Positions 41,574 to 50,667 of a DNA stretch of 64,000 nt are shown piece after piece. Position 1 is the first letter of the stretch. Each line of letters opens with the position of its first letter. The translations under genes and the position numbers were made by a program. This stretch comes from Candidatus Latescibacterota bacterium (GTDB lineage Bacteria; Latescibacterota; UBA2968; UBA8231): the NCBI GenBank assembly GCA_965248265.1, contig CBDFJF010000001.1:2944001-3008000 (forward strand), written 5' to 3'. Below the pieces are notes generated by a model. It was not told where the DNA came from. It was given only the letters and a program-made list of their open reading frames with translations, and made no database searches.

Positions 41574-42377
41574 TCAGCCACCGTCCATCCTCAACAACGG
41601 CATGACAGGATGTTGCCGGTGAACGATCCGCAATCCCGACCACAGAAGGACCACGGCACCAAGCAACAGGGCCAGCGGCAGATGATCCGAGGCTGCCAAC
41701 ACGTCCTGTCCCGTGTGCGCTCGCAGATTGACGCCCAGTACGGACAGACCATTGGTCACCATGTGCGCGACGATAGCGGGGTAGATGCTGTGAGTCACGT
41801 AAACGAGAACCCCCAGGAAGATGCCCAGTAGAACCAGAGCGGGAAACTGCCAGGGGTTGAAGTGGATGGCGGCGAAAAGGAACGCGGTACCCAGAATGGC
41901 CGCCGCGGCCCCGTAGCGCGACGCCAGGGCCGTGAACACGAAACCGCGAAAAAACACCTCCTCGCACACCGCTGGAGCCAGGACCAGGGTAGCGAACACG
42001 ATCAACGCATCGCTCACATTGTCTACCAGCTGAATGCCGATCACGTACCGTTGCTGGCCGACCGGAAGGCTGGAATGCAGGCTCGAGAACAGCTCGCTGA
42101 CATACACGTCGAGTTCAGCCACCAACAAGGCAGCCCCAATAGCAGCGAACAGACTCGCCAGGATCGTGCTGACTGATGTGGCGTTCAGCAACAGGACGTC
42201 TTCGGTTGAAAATCGCGACCGTCCGAGAAACACAGCCAGGAGCAGAACCAGGGTGAGTTCGGTAACAATCAGAGCAAGGCGCTCGGGATAAGAAAATCCG
42301 AGGCTGCCCAGCACGACCTGCACGACGACAAACAAAAACGACAGAAACAGGGCATGACGGGGCGAGGGATACGTCAT
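41574..42377 (-). CDS. CPBP/CAAX-family intramembrane metalloprotease
   Basis: EEVFFRG, FAAIH and HMVTN motifs. Start reassigned to ATG 42377. Confidence 0.88.
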   Translation of the reverse strand: MTYPSPRHALFLSFLFVVVQVVLGSLGFSYPERLALIVTELTLVLLLAVFLGRSRFSTEDVLLLNATSVSTILASLFAAIGAALLVAELDVYVSELFSSLHSSLPVGQQRYVIGIQLVDNVSDALIVFATLVLAPAVCEEVFFRGFVFTALASRYGAAAAILGTAFLFAAIHFNPWQFPALVLLGIFLGVLVYVTHSIYPAIVAHMVTNGLSVLGVNLRAHTGQDVLAASDHLPLALLLGAVVLLWSGLRIVHRQHPVMPLLRMDGG

Positions 42378-42427
42378 GGCGAGTGACGCCGGAAGGGGCG
42401 GGCGCCGGAAACGGTGGATGCCGGGGT

Positions 42428-42949
42428 TTAGTGGGAGTGGGTCATGAAGTGCAACACCTTGTTGTGGCACGTCATGCAACTGACCGTTTCACCCTTGGCG
42501 GGCAACGCAAGCACGGTTTCGAAGCTCTTTGGCGGGGTTTTGGCATCTTTGGGGCTTACGGTAGCACTCAGGTAGATACCAGGTTTTTCTCCACCCACCT
42601 TGTACTCGGCGACAATACTGGTCTCGTGTTCTTCTTCATCGATCACGAGTGCAACTTCTTTCTTGATGGCCAGACTATCCACGAACCCAGTTTTCATCAG
42701 GCGGGCGAACTGCTTGCGTTGTGTATCGGCCGGAAAGTTCGGCTTTCCCCCCTCCTTGATGTGGCAATAGAGGCACTTGCCCTGCTTGCTCACGCCAATG
42801 GACTTGACGATCAAGGCCATCGCCTTGAGCGTCTCTTTCTTGGTGTCGCCGAAAATCGTCTTGCCATCCTGCGCTGAGGCGGCAGAGCCCAACAGAGCCA
42901 TCATGAGCGTGGCAGGTAGAATCAGATTAGAGGCCTTGAGTAAAAACAA
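42428..42949 (-). CDS. Secreted diheme c-type cytochrome (PufC-like module)
   Basis: CLYCH and CMTCH, each preceded by a Met-bearing helix. Signal peptide ends ASA. TTG start at 42949 follows AAAGGAG. Confidence 0.8.
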   Translation of the reverse strand: MFLLKASNLILPATLMMALLGSAASAQDGKTIFGDTKKETLKAMALIVKSIGVSKQGKCLYCHIKEGGKPNFPADTQRKQFARLMKTGFVDSLAIKKEVALVIDEEEHETSIVAEYKVGGEKPGIYLSATVSPKDAKTPPKSFETVLALPAKGETVSCMTCHNKVLHFMTHSH

Positions 42950-43095
42950 TACCGAACTCCTTTCATCGACTTCTGGTTGCGACCGATTGAGGTAAGTAAA
43001 CATACCGTCGTCGTTGAGCGCCTGCAAAGCGCCAATGGCTGGCACTGAATTGGCATCATTCTGACTGCGAGTGCCAGAAGCGAGTTCCGCCGGTC

Positions 43096-44037
43096 TCAGG
43101 CGTCGCCGGATGCACGGTTGTGTAGAAATCCCCGCGTCCGGTTATACCACCACAGATAGTCGATGAATATGGAGGGCAGCGTTCCGGATTGGCGCCAGTC
43201 GGCCCACATCGCGAGTGGAGCGTATATGAATCGCTGCAGCGCTAGCCGCAGCATCCACCGCCTCGGCGAAAACCAGCTGGCATGCAGGAAATCCAGGCGC
43301 AGAAGCTCGCACAGTTCAGGATGCTTCTCGAGCAGTAAGGGCAGCGAGTGCCTTCCGTAGGTGTACATCAACTCGCTCGTCTGTCTCAGTGGACGAACAC
43401 GGTGATGCAACGACCCCACCGCCGCGCACAGACGGAATCGAGCACCCGCCCCATGCAGTCGATAGCCCAATTCCAGATCTTCGCCGCCATACGCTTCAAA
43501 GCGTTCGTCGAAAAGGCCCACGCTCAACAAACGAGCTCGCTCCACGGAGGAGTTCCCGGTCACGAAGCACTTGAATGGCAAAGACGCGCCATCAGCGAAG
43601 CGCTGGGCACCCCGGCTCTCGATATATCGCGTAATCGCCGAAGGCACGATCTGCGGGCCAAAGCGGATGTCGCCGATGGCCACCTCACCGGGATGATCCC
43701 TGTGGAACTGAGCGTGGGCGGACAGAAAATCGGCGCTCACCGTCATGTCGTCGTCGAGGAAGACGACCAGACTGCCCTCAGCAGCGCGAATGCCGGCGTT
43801 GCGGGCACGAGCACGACCCCCGTGGGCCTCGAGCAGGATCGGCTTCAGCGGCAGCGAGCCTTCGTATTGCTGCAACGCCGCCTCAGAGCGGTCGGGCGAG
43901 CCGTCGTCAATGACGATGATTTCCGCACGGTCTCGCGGGTACAACTGTGTCCCAAGGCTGGCCAACACGGCGGGCAGCAGCAGGGGAGCGTCGTAGGTCG
44001 GGACGATGACGCTGATGGAGGGCAGGTGATCCGTCAC
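43096..44037 (-). CDS. Glycosyltransferase family 2
   Basis: SVIVPTY, DDGS, ARNAG, FLDDD and GGEDLELGYR motifs. Confidence 0.92.
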   Translation of the reverse strand: MTDHLPSISVIVPTYDAPLLLPAVLASLGTQLYPRDRAEIIVIDDGSPDRSEAALQQYEGSLPLKPILLEAHGGRARARNAGIRAAEGSLVVFLDDDMTVSADFLSAHAQFHRDHPGEVAIGDIRFGPQIVPSAITRYIESRGAQRFADGASLPFKCFVTGNSSVERARLLSVGLFDERFEAYGGEDLELGYRLHGAGARFRLCAAVGSLHHRVRPLRQTSELMYTYGRHSLPLLLEKHPELCELLRLDFLHASWFSPRRWMLRLALQRFIYAPLAMWADWRQSGTLPSIFIDYLWWYNRTRGFLHNRASGDA

Positions 44038-44038
44038 A

Positions 44039-45154
44039 TCAAAGTGCGGCGTAAAGATCGGTCAGTTTGGCGGATTCTTTCTCCCAGCAGAACCGCTGGG
44101 CGGCTTGGAGAGCGGCCTCGGCATATCTGACTCGCCCGGCAGGATCGGCGACCAGGCGCTGCAGTCGGTTGCGCAGCGAAGGCGGGTCCGTGAGATCGAT
44201 CACTTCCCCTGCGCCGGTCTCGGTCAGTGTTCGGCGGATTTCCGGTGCTTCACTGCCCACTACCGGCAGTCCTGCCATCATGTACTCGAAGAGCTTATTC
44301 GGTAGCGACCAGTGGAAGCTCTTACCGGTTGATTTGATCAGGCACAATCCAATATCGGCTGAGCAGGTAAACGCATGAAGTTGGGAAAATGGCACTGCTG
44401 GTAAGAAAAACACCCGATCGTCCAACCCGGAGACGGCCACCTGGCGCTCGAGCTGCGCCTTGATTGGTCCATCACCCAGCAAGACAAGGGCAGCGCCTTC
44501 GACGCCGGCCATCGCCTCGATCTGTTCTGACAGTCCGTTGTCGGTGAGCAATCCACCCTGGTAGAGGAGGATGACCCGATCACCTTCAAGGCCGATGCGC
44601 TCACGAATCAGGTCACCGGGTACGGGAGAACGAAACGGTGGCAGATTGCCAATTACGGTAACGTCGCGAAACCCGTATCGATTCTTCAGCTCCTCAGCGA
44701 TAGGCGGGCTGACGGTGATGACATGACTCACATACCGGCTCAGGCGCCTCTCCATCGTGGCCCAGACGCCACGTACGAGCGGTCTGGAAGCCAGTGAAGA
44801 TTGCTCCGTCCACAACTCGTGTGAATCGTAGACCAGGGGTACTCTGCGTGCTCGTGCAGCTCTCGATGCCGGCCATAGGGAATCGAGATCGTGCGCATGG
44901 TAGGCGTCAGCGGGGATTTCGCGCAGGATTCGATGCCCATTGCGCCACCACATCAAATAGGATAATCGCAGAGATCGTGCACGGTCGACTGGCCAGGCGT
45001 GGACGTCGAAGTCGTCCCAGGCACTATCCAGCTGTTGATTCCAGGTGCCAGCCACGATAGACACCTGGTGACCGGCATTCTTCAGGCTCGCCGCTTCCCG
45101 GTAAATGCGGAAATCGAAGTTGAGGTCGGTAAAGGCGACCATGCAGATGTGCAT
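44039..45154 (-). CDS. Glycosyltransferase family 4
   Basis: HAHD, VYDSHE and SLPNKLFEYMMAGLPVV motifs. Confidence 0.92.
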   Translation of the reverse strand: MHICMVAFTDLNFDFRIYREAASLKNAGHQVSIVAGTWNQQLDSAWDDFDVHAWPVDRARSLRLSYLMWWRNGHRILREIPADAYHAHDLDSLWPASRAARARRVPLVYDSHELWTEQSSLASRPLVRGVWATMERRLSRYVSHVITVSPPIAEELKNRYGFRDVTVIGNLPPFRSPVPGDLIRERIGLEGDRVILLYQGGLLTDNGLSEQIEAMAGVEGAALVLLGDGPIKAQLERQVAVSGLDDRVFFLPAVPFSQLHAFTCSADIGLCLIKSTGKSFHWSLPNKLFEYMMAGLPVVGSEAPEIRRTLTETGAGEVIDLTDPPSLRNRLQRLVADPAGRVRYAEAALQAAQRFCWEKESAKLTDLYAAL

Positions 45155-45202
45155 GAGTGTGTAGCGGAGCCGTCGAAAGAAGCCTGGTAGTGGAATGAGA
45201 TC

Positions 45203-45244
45203 AAAGAAAAAGAGCAGCCCGTCAGGTTGTTGACAGGCTGCTCT
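45203..45244 (-). terminator. Intrinsic terminator about 50 nt upstream of the GT4 start
   Basis: AGAGCAGCCTGTCA-ACAACC-TGACGGGCTGCTCT-TTTTCTTT. Confidence 0.85.
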
Positions 45245-45497
45245 CTTAATGAAAATGAGTGTGGCGATCCTGGGGTGCGCTCAACATCCAGAAACGAGAT
45301 CTTCGAACGAGGCGGCGTGGGGAGGTGTCTAAAAGATCTCCTCGGCCCGAAAAAGGGCATCCGAGCTGTCCGGAATCAGAACGTTCAGTCACGCTCAACA
45401 GACCGCCACACTCAACATCAAAACTACTGTTAATGATAGACTTATGAAACTTAACCCGAATGTCTAAGAAAGGTCGGGTAAGTGGCTGTCTCGCTGT
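45203..45497 (-). ncRNA. Candidate structured non-coding RNA or attenuator leader
   Basis: Bounded by a consensus promoter and an intrinsic terminator. Contains a 14-bp closing helix and inner helices, with no convincing ORF. Confidence 0.6.
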
Positions 45498-45503
45498 AGG
45501 TTG

Positions 45504-45532
45504 AATCTAACGAGCGAAAGGGGCAATGTCAA
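45504..45532 (-). promoter_or_regulatory. Sigma70-like promoter
   Basis: TTGACA-17 nt-TAGATT. Confidence 0.72.
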
Positions 45533-45592
45533 GAAAGATCGGCGCTCTCGACCGTTATCCTGCCGAGTTGGAGCACACCCTGGGCGGAGTTC

Positions 45593-46084
45593 CTAAGGAG
45601 TAATCTGAGCTGATAGCGGCGATCCTGGCAACGCGATACCTCCCCGCTCGCGGTTGGCGATCACGGTCAGAACCTCATTGCGGACGAAGGGGTGCGGATC
45701 TTTGAGAGCACTGATCAGGTACTTGTTCGCGTGCACGGCTTCCATCGCGCCCAGTTTCTGCACAACCTGAACTCTCAGGCCTGGATCGCGGTCCTTCATG
45801 GCCAAACCAAGAACCCGCGCGACTTCCTTCTTCAGTTTCTTGTCATCCTTCTGCCCTAGATCGCCCAACAGATCGACGGCCCCGGCACGAACAGCTCGAT
45901 CTCGGTCCTTGAGGAGCTGCAGCAACACATCGGTGGTCTCAATGGTCTTTTCCTTGCCCAGGATCGGCAGAAAGCGAATGGGCGGCACCGTGCGCAAGGC
46001 GCATCCCGAGCCCATACAGACCAGAACCCCAAGCATTGAGGCTAAAGCGTAATTCTTGAAGACGTGTTTGATTCGCATGGTCAT
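45593..46084 (-). CDS. HEAT-repeat putative lipoprotein
   Basis: Signal/lipobox GSGC; repeats LKDRDRAVR, MKDRDPGLR and LKDPHPFVR. Confidence 0.8.
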   Translation of the reverse strand: MTMRIKHVFKNYALASMLGVLVCMGSGCALRTVPPIRFLPILGKEKTIETTDVLLQLLKDRDRAVRAGAVDLLGDLGQKDDKKLKKEVARVLGLAMKDRDPGLRVQVVQKLGAMEAVHANKYLISALKDPHPFVRNEVLTVIANRERGGIALPGSPLSAQITP

Positions 46085-46216
46085 TAATGGCCCTGATGGG
46101 CGTAACGGCTACAGAGCGTCCAAGTATTGAGTATATCGGAAGAATATCACATCCCTTCAACAACAGTACATACAAACCAGAGCTTTCTGGACAAGCCCCG
46201 CGCCAATATCCTGGTC

Positions 46217-46759
46217 TCAGTATCCTGGTAAAGTGAATTCACCCTCAGCGATAGCTCGCTCCAGCTCTTGGTGGAAGGTGCTGTCGAGGTAGGAAGTGAT
46301 CTTCCACCCATCGGAGTCGTGGATGAAGTAGAAAAATGGGGTCACCCTGGAAGAGGCCAGCGTGGTAGGATCGAAGCGGAGAAAGGCGATGCGATCGTTT
46401 ATCGGCCCCTCCTCGGCGATCTCCCGGCGCCGGGCAACTCGGGTCAACTCGGCAATTTCAGCGTCCCACCGATTCTGCCAATTGACGTAGTCGCCGCCGT
46501 ACTCGCTTTTTCGCAAGCTGCCGCTTAAGCAATCCCACACGGCGAGGGTGTCTTGCGCAAGCACGCCCTGCACGTAGGTCTCATAGGTGGCCACCGGAGA
46601 CGCGTATCGAGGGTCGTCGTCAGCGCAGGCTGTGCACAGCAACAACGACGCCAACAGTCCCCATCGCAAGATCGAGTCAGCAAAGTGTTGGGGGAGAGAG
46701 AAACGCACTGTGAGGGTGGTGGATAGGGTGTGGTCACTCGAGGAGCGACCGGCAATCAA
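46217..46759 (-). CDS. Hypothetical lipoprotein (possible NTF2-like fold)
   Basis: Hydrophobic stretch with CTAC, then SPVATYE..., ending F..DSDGWKI. Start is uncertain. Confidence 0.65.
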   Translation of the reverse strand: MIAGRSSSDHTLSTTLTVRFSLPQHFADSILRWGLLASLLLCTACADDDPRYASPVATYETYVQGVLAQDTLAVWDCLSGSLRKSEYGGDYVNWQNRWDAEIAELTRVARRREIAEEGPINDRIAFLRFDPTTLASSRVTPFFYFIHDSDGWKITSYLDSTFHQELERAIAEGEFTLPGY

Positions 46760-47496
46760 GGCTGGGTTTCGTTGGCGAGGCGCTCGATCTGGTCCCGCAA
46801 CAGGGCGGCCTCTTCATACTGCTCGCACATCACGGCCTGTTGCAACCGGTTCTGCAGCTGCAGGAGGGTGGCCTCATGGCTGTTCTTGGACGGTTGCTGA
46901 TTCTGGGACGTCGTAGACGTCTGGGGCAGCAGGGGTTGCTCCGTCGTTGCACCCTCTTCAGTGTTTCTGCCAGCATCAGCGAGCAACTCGGGGGTTTGCG
47001 GTTCCATCTCCCTGAAACGGGCAATGGCATCGTCCACATCACCACGGTCTTCCTCAGTTGAAAGTCCGGATTCTTCCAGGAGCTCTTCAGTGACGAACAC
47101 CGGGATGCCCAGCCTTAACGCCAGAGCGATACCATCACTTGGACGAGTGTCAATGTCGCGAAGCTCGCCCTCCCTCTCGATCAAGACGGAACCGAGGAAC
47201 ACCTGGCGGCGCACGGTATGGATGACCACGCGACGGACGGTAACGCCCAACTGCCGCACCATGGAGGCAAGCAAGTCGTAGGAGATAGGACGCAGTGACT
47301 TGTCTTCACCCAATGGCATCTGAATGGCCGCGGCCTCGAACTCACCGACCGCGATGGGAAGCAGCCTGGGGTGGCCTTCACTATCCTTTTCGCACAGCCA
47401 CACGAGTGGTTGTTCAGGTCGCAAGAACGGGGTTACCCTGGTGACGCTCATCTGCAGCAGGCGTCTCTTGCGGTTGGAATCTCGCTGTTTGTTCAT
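46756..47496 (-). CDS. DUF151 (bifunctional nuclease family) protein with UVR domain, copy 2
   Basis: LPIAVGEFEAAAI, RPISYDL and DTRPSDGIALA; C-terminal AV..EQYEEAALLRDQI. Start reassigned to ATG 47496. Confidence 0.85.
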   Translation of the reverse strand: MNKQRDSNRKRRLLQMSVTRVTPFLRPEQPLVWLCEKDSEGHPRLLPIAVGEFEAAAIQMPLGEDKSLRPISYDLLASMVRQLGVTVRRVVIHTVRRQVFLGSVLIEREGELRDIDTRPSDGIALALRLGIPVFVTEELLEESGLSTEEDRGDVDDAIARFREMEPQTPELLADAGRNTEEGATTEQPLLPQTSTTSQNQQPSKNSHEATLLQLQNRLQQAVMCEQYEEAALLRDQIERLANETQP

Positions 47497-47506
47497 CGGC
47501 GAGGAC

Positions 47507-48145
47507 TTATCCCCCCTGCTGGGTAAGCTCGGTGATGAGATCGCGCAATCGGGCGGCCTCCTCAAAGACCTCCTCAGAAACTGCCTGGTCAAGCCGCTTC
47601 TTGAGCTGGTCTACCTCACTGAGTGGATTGTCTGTCGACGTCTTAGCCCGCTGCATGAGGTCTGCGATGGCGGCGTTGATGCCATCCGCCGTGGGCTCTT
47701 CCCCATCACTCTCCAGTACCAGTTCGTCTTCCTCACGGGCGGCGTCTTCGGCGGCTTCGGCCTCTTCTTGCAACACCGCTTCGGATGCAAAGATCGGCGC
47801 GTTGGCACGCAGGGCCAGGGCGATGGCATCGCTGGGCCTGGAATCGAGCGAGGTGGATGAATTGTCCGCGTTCTTTAGCTGCACCTCGGCGTAGTAAATG
47901 CCGTCCTGCAGGTCCGTGATTGACACCTGTTGGATCCTGCTACCCGACTCCTGAAGAAGCGAGCAGACCAGATCGTAGCTGAGGGGCCGAGCCGGCTTCT
48001 GTCCGTTGTGAGCAAGGGATATCGCCCTTGCTTCCGTGGGTCCGATGACGATGTGCAACGAGGCATCCCCATCCTTTTCCTTGAGAATAACTCGATGGTA
48101 GGAACGCGAGCTTACCTGCACCCGGTTCACTTCCATCTCAATCAT
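47507..48145 (-). CDS. DUF151 (bifunctional nuclease family) protein with UVR domain, copy 1
   Basis: VILKE, IVIGPTEARAI, RPLSYDL and DSRPSDAIALA; C-terminal EVFEEAARLRD. Start is 48145, or possibly 48172 or 48199. Confidence 0.88.
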   Translation of the reverse strand: MIEMEVNRVQVSSRSYHRVILKEKDGDASLHIVIGPTEARAISLAHNGQKPARPLSYDLVCSLLQESGSRIQQVSITDLQDGIYYAEVQLKNADNSSTSLDSRPSDAIALALRANAPIFASEAVLQEEAEAAEDAAREEDELVLESDGEEPTADGINAAIADLMQRAKTSTDNPLSEVDQLKKRLDQAVSEEVFEEAARLRDLITELTQQGG

Positions 48146-48227
48146 CGTTTTCTTGCCGGCGGAAAGGGGCATGCTGTTCCTCAAGGAATCATCCTGCATC
48201 AGACAACCACCGCTTCATCCTCGGTTG

Positions 48228-48287
48228 AATATAACACGCTCAGAAAATCGCTGTCAACAGCCCTTACGCGACCACTATATGTAGTAT
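48228..48287 (-). promoter_or_regulatory. Sigma70-like promoter with an upstream NrdR-box-like palindrome
   Basis: TTGACA-18 nt-TATATT with extended TG; CCACTATATGTAGTAT at 48272-48287. Confidence 0.5.
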
Positions 48288-48313
48288 AACTCGTTTAAGA
48301 TCCACAACTTCCA

Positions 48314-48463
48314 TCATTCGCTCGTGGCTGAATTGGTGAGTCGCCTGACGACTTCTGACAGCTCTTGCTCTCGGCGTCGCAAGCGCACGAGGTAGCCAAA
48401 CAGGACAATCCAGATGAGGCTGTATGCAGCGAACAGATAGGTGAGATTCGGATCCTGGTCCAC
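48314..48463 (-). CDS. ccmD: CcmD-family small membrane protein (absent from the ORF track)
   Basis: Manual translation gives MDQDPNLTYLFAAYSLIWIVLFGYLVRLRRREQELSEVVRRLTNSATSE. Lies downstream of ccmC. Confidence 0.82.
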   Translation of the reverse strand: MDQDPNLTYLFAAYSLIWIVLFGYLVRLRRREQELSEVVRRLTNSATSE

Positions 48464-48519
48464 AACAAACACTCCCGTCCTTGTTTAATCGGCGTAAATG
48501 GTCGGTGACTTCAAACCCA

Positions 48520-49194
48520 TCAATCGAGACAGAGGTCCGTCTCCAACCTTTCGATGTGTCTTGCTAGCTTTTCCAACTCATAGCGGCGCTTCACCAAGTA
48601 ACAGAATAAGGCGATGATGGCGGCGAACGCCACGTAGCGAGTGTGCACCATGGCCGGCGCCAACACCACTTCTCTGGGATGCAATTGCTGTTCGGCCGAC
48701 CACAGGTTCACCGAATAATATACCATGGGCACGTTGACGAAGGCGACGATTCCAAGAACGGCGGCAAACCGACGAGTGCGATCAGGGGAGCCCGTGGTGT
48801 AGGAGCGCACGATGAGGTAGGCCACGTAGATGGTAAAGGCAATCAACATGGAAGTGAGACGCGGCTCCCAACGCCAGTACACACCCCATATGGGCTTGGC
48901 CCATATGGGTCCGGAGATCAAGACAATAAGCGAGAACACGACTCCGAGTTCGGCCCCGGCCAGCGCCAGACTGTCCCAATTCTCTCGCCGGGTACGCAGG
49001 TATTGAATGCTGGCGACGAAGACGACGGCGTACCCCAAAAAGGCGGCGATGGCGGAGGATACGTGGAAGTAGAAAATGCGCTGGACTACCCCCATCTCCC
49101 GCTCCGTGGGTACGTACACGAACACGGCGAACAGAGCCGCGATCATGAGCACGGCGAGGCCGGCTTCCAGCAATAGGTTCAGGCGACCGCTCAC
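48520..49194 (-). CDS. ccmC: Heme exporter CcmC
   Basis: RIFYFHV and WWD-type motif WAKPIWGVYWRWEPR. GTG start 49194 follows AAAGGA. Confidence 0.92.
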   Translation of the reverse strand: MSGRLNLLLEAGLAVLMIAALFAVFVYVPTEREMGVVQRIFYFHVSSAIAAFLGYAVVFVASIQYLRTRRENWDSLALAGAELGVVFSLIVLISGPIWAKPIWGVYWRWEPRLTSMLIAFTIYVAYLIVRSYTTGSPDRTRRFAAVLGIVAFVNVPMVYYSVNLWSAEQQLHPREVVLAPAMVHTRYVAFAAIIALFCYLVKRRYELEKLARHIERLETDLCLD

Positions 49195-49214
49195 ATCGAT
49201 TCCTTTTCTTTTTG

Positions 49215-49934
49215 TTATTCCTCTACAATGTACTCGAAGAGCATCAATGCGAGCACGTTGAAGACGACGGCATAGGTACCCAGCATCTGCAAGTGGGCGA
49301 TGAGGCCAGCTGACAGCAGGTCGCCCTGCTCTCCGAACGCGAAGCGCTGGCTCTGCTCGAACACCTCCGCTGTTGCACCGATACAGGAAATCAGCGCCGG
49401 GACCATCATCGGCAGCACCAGCAGTGGCAGGAACTGCTCGCGCAGGCGTGAGTGTATGGACATGGCCGCGAACAGCGTGCCCACCGAGGCCAAACAAGCG
49501 GTCCCGAGTACGAGGACAGCCGGCAACACCAGTAAGGGTCGATCGAGCGAAAGGTTAAAGAACAGACCGAACAGTGGTAGACTCAACAGCTGCAAGGCCA
49601 GGAGGAAGACGAAATTGCCCAACATCTTGGCCAGGTAGAGGACGGAGCGGTTGACCGGCGCCAACAGCAGTGCATCCAACGTATCATTCTGTGTTTCAGA
49701 TGCGAAAGTCCGATGCAGGCTGAGTAGCCCGGCGAAAACAAACGCACTCCACAGTACGCCAGGGCCGATCTCTGACAGCGCTGATCCGCCCAACTCGAAC
49801 GAGAAATTGAACACCAGCAGAATCAGGAGCACGAACAGAACCATGGGAGTGATGCGCTCCTTGGTCCGCCACTCCAGGGACAGGTCTTTGCGCAGAATGG
49901 TGAAGGTCTGAGTTAGGAAATTCGTGGCGCCCAT
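49215..49934 (-). CDS. ccmB: Heme exporter CcmB
   Basis: KDLSLEWR, PGVLW, LDALLLAP and LPLLVLP. Confidence 0.9.
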   Translation of the reverse strand: MGATNFLTQTFTILRKDLSLEWRTKERITPMVLFVLLILLVFNFSFELGGSALSEIGPGVLWSAFVFAGLLSLHRTFASETQNDTLDALLLAPVNRSVLYLAKMLGNFVFLLALQLLSLPLFGLFFNLSLDRPLLVLPAVLVLGTACLASVGTLFAAMSIHSRLREQFLPLLVLPMMVPALISCIGATAEVFEQSQRFAFGEQGDLLSAGLIAHLQMLGTYAVVFNVLALMLFEYIVEE

Positions 49935-49946
49935 ACAGAAGTATTG

Positions 49947-50663
49947 TCAGGAATTGGCAACCGGCTCGGAAAAGCGGTCGCACAGCTGCTGCAGCTGTAC
50001 CCCCGATCCTCCTTCCCAGGCCTGGTCGAGGCATATCCGGCCGCGCCGCAGTATCGCGACCCGGTTGATGACATCGGCTGTCACCTCCACCATGTGAGAT
50101 ACGATGATGGCGGTCGTCGTGGTGCGGACATTGTCGAACGCCTTGAGGTACCGATTCAGAAGTCGAACCCCGTGTCGATCGAGGCTGGCGAATGGTTCGT
50201 CCAACAGCAGCAGGGTGGGTTCGTGCAACACGGCGCGAGCCAGCGAAAGTCGTTGTTTCAGTCCTCGCGACAGAGTTCCGGCGCGCTGATGGAGACGATC
50301 CCCCAGTTCCATCCACTCCAACACGGTGTCGATTCTCTCAGAGATCCTCGAGAGACCGTACAGACGGGCGAAGAACACGAGATTCTCCCCGACCGTGAGA
50401 TCGTCGTACAACAATGACTCATGGGAGAGAAATCCGACGCCGCGTTTGTCAGAGCCAATGGGATTGGAGCCGGCCAGCAACACCTTGCCCCGGCTCGGTC
50501 GGCCGAGGCCGGCAAACAGACGCAGAAGGGTGGTCTTGCCCGCGCCGTTGGCGCCGGCCAACAGCAGGCGATCACCGTTTCCCAGTTGCAGGTCGACACT
50601 GCGCAAAGCAGCGGCGGCACCAAACTGCTTGGACACCTGCTCCGCGACAACGACGGCGCTCAC
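49947..50663 (-). CDS. ccmA: Heme ABC exporter ATPase CcmA
   Basis: GANGAGKT, LSRG signature and LLLDEPF; lies upstream of ccmB. Confidence 0.9.
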   Translation of the reverse strand: MSAVVVAEQVSKQFGAAAALRSVDLQLGNGDRLLLAGANGAGKTTLLRLFAGLGRPSRGKVLLAGSNPIGSDKRGVGFLSHESLLYDDLTVGENLVFFARLYGLSRISERIDTVLEWMELGDRLHQRAGTLSRGLKQRLSLARAVLHEPTLLLLDEPFASLDRHGVRLLNRYLKAFDNVRTTTTAIIVSHMVEVTADVINRVAILRRGRICLDQAWEGGSGVQLQQLCDRFSEPVANS

Positions 50664-50667
50664 GCCT

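Noticed and set aside
45246-45287. 13-aa His-rich mini-ORF (MLSAPQDRHTHFH) as a his attenuator peptide
   Set aside because: No histidine genes lie downstream, no clear RBS is present, and it overlaps the long RNA helix.
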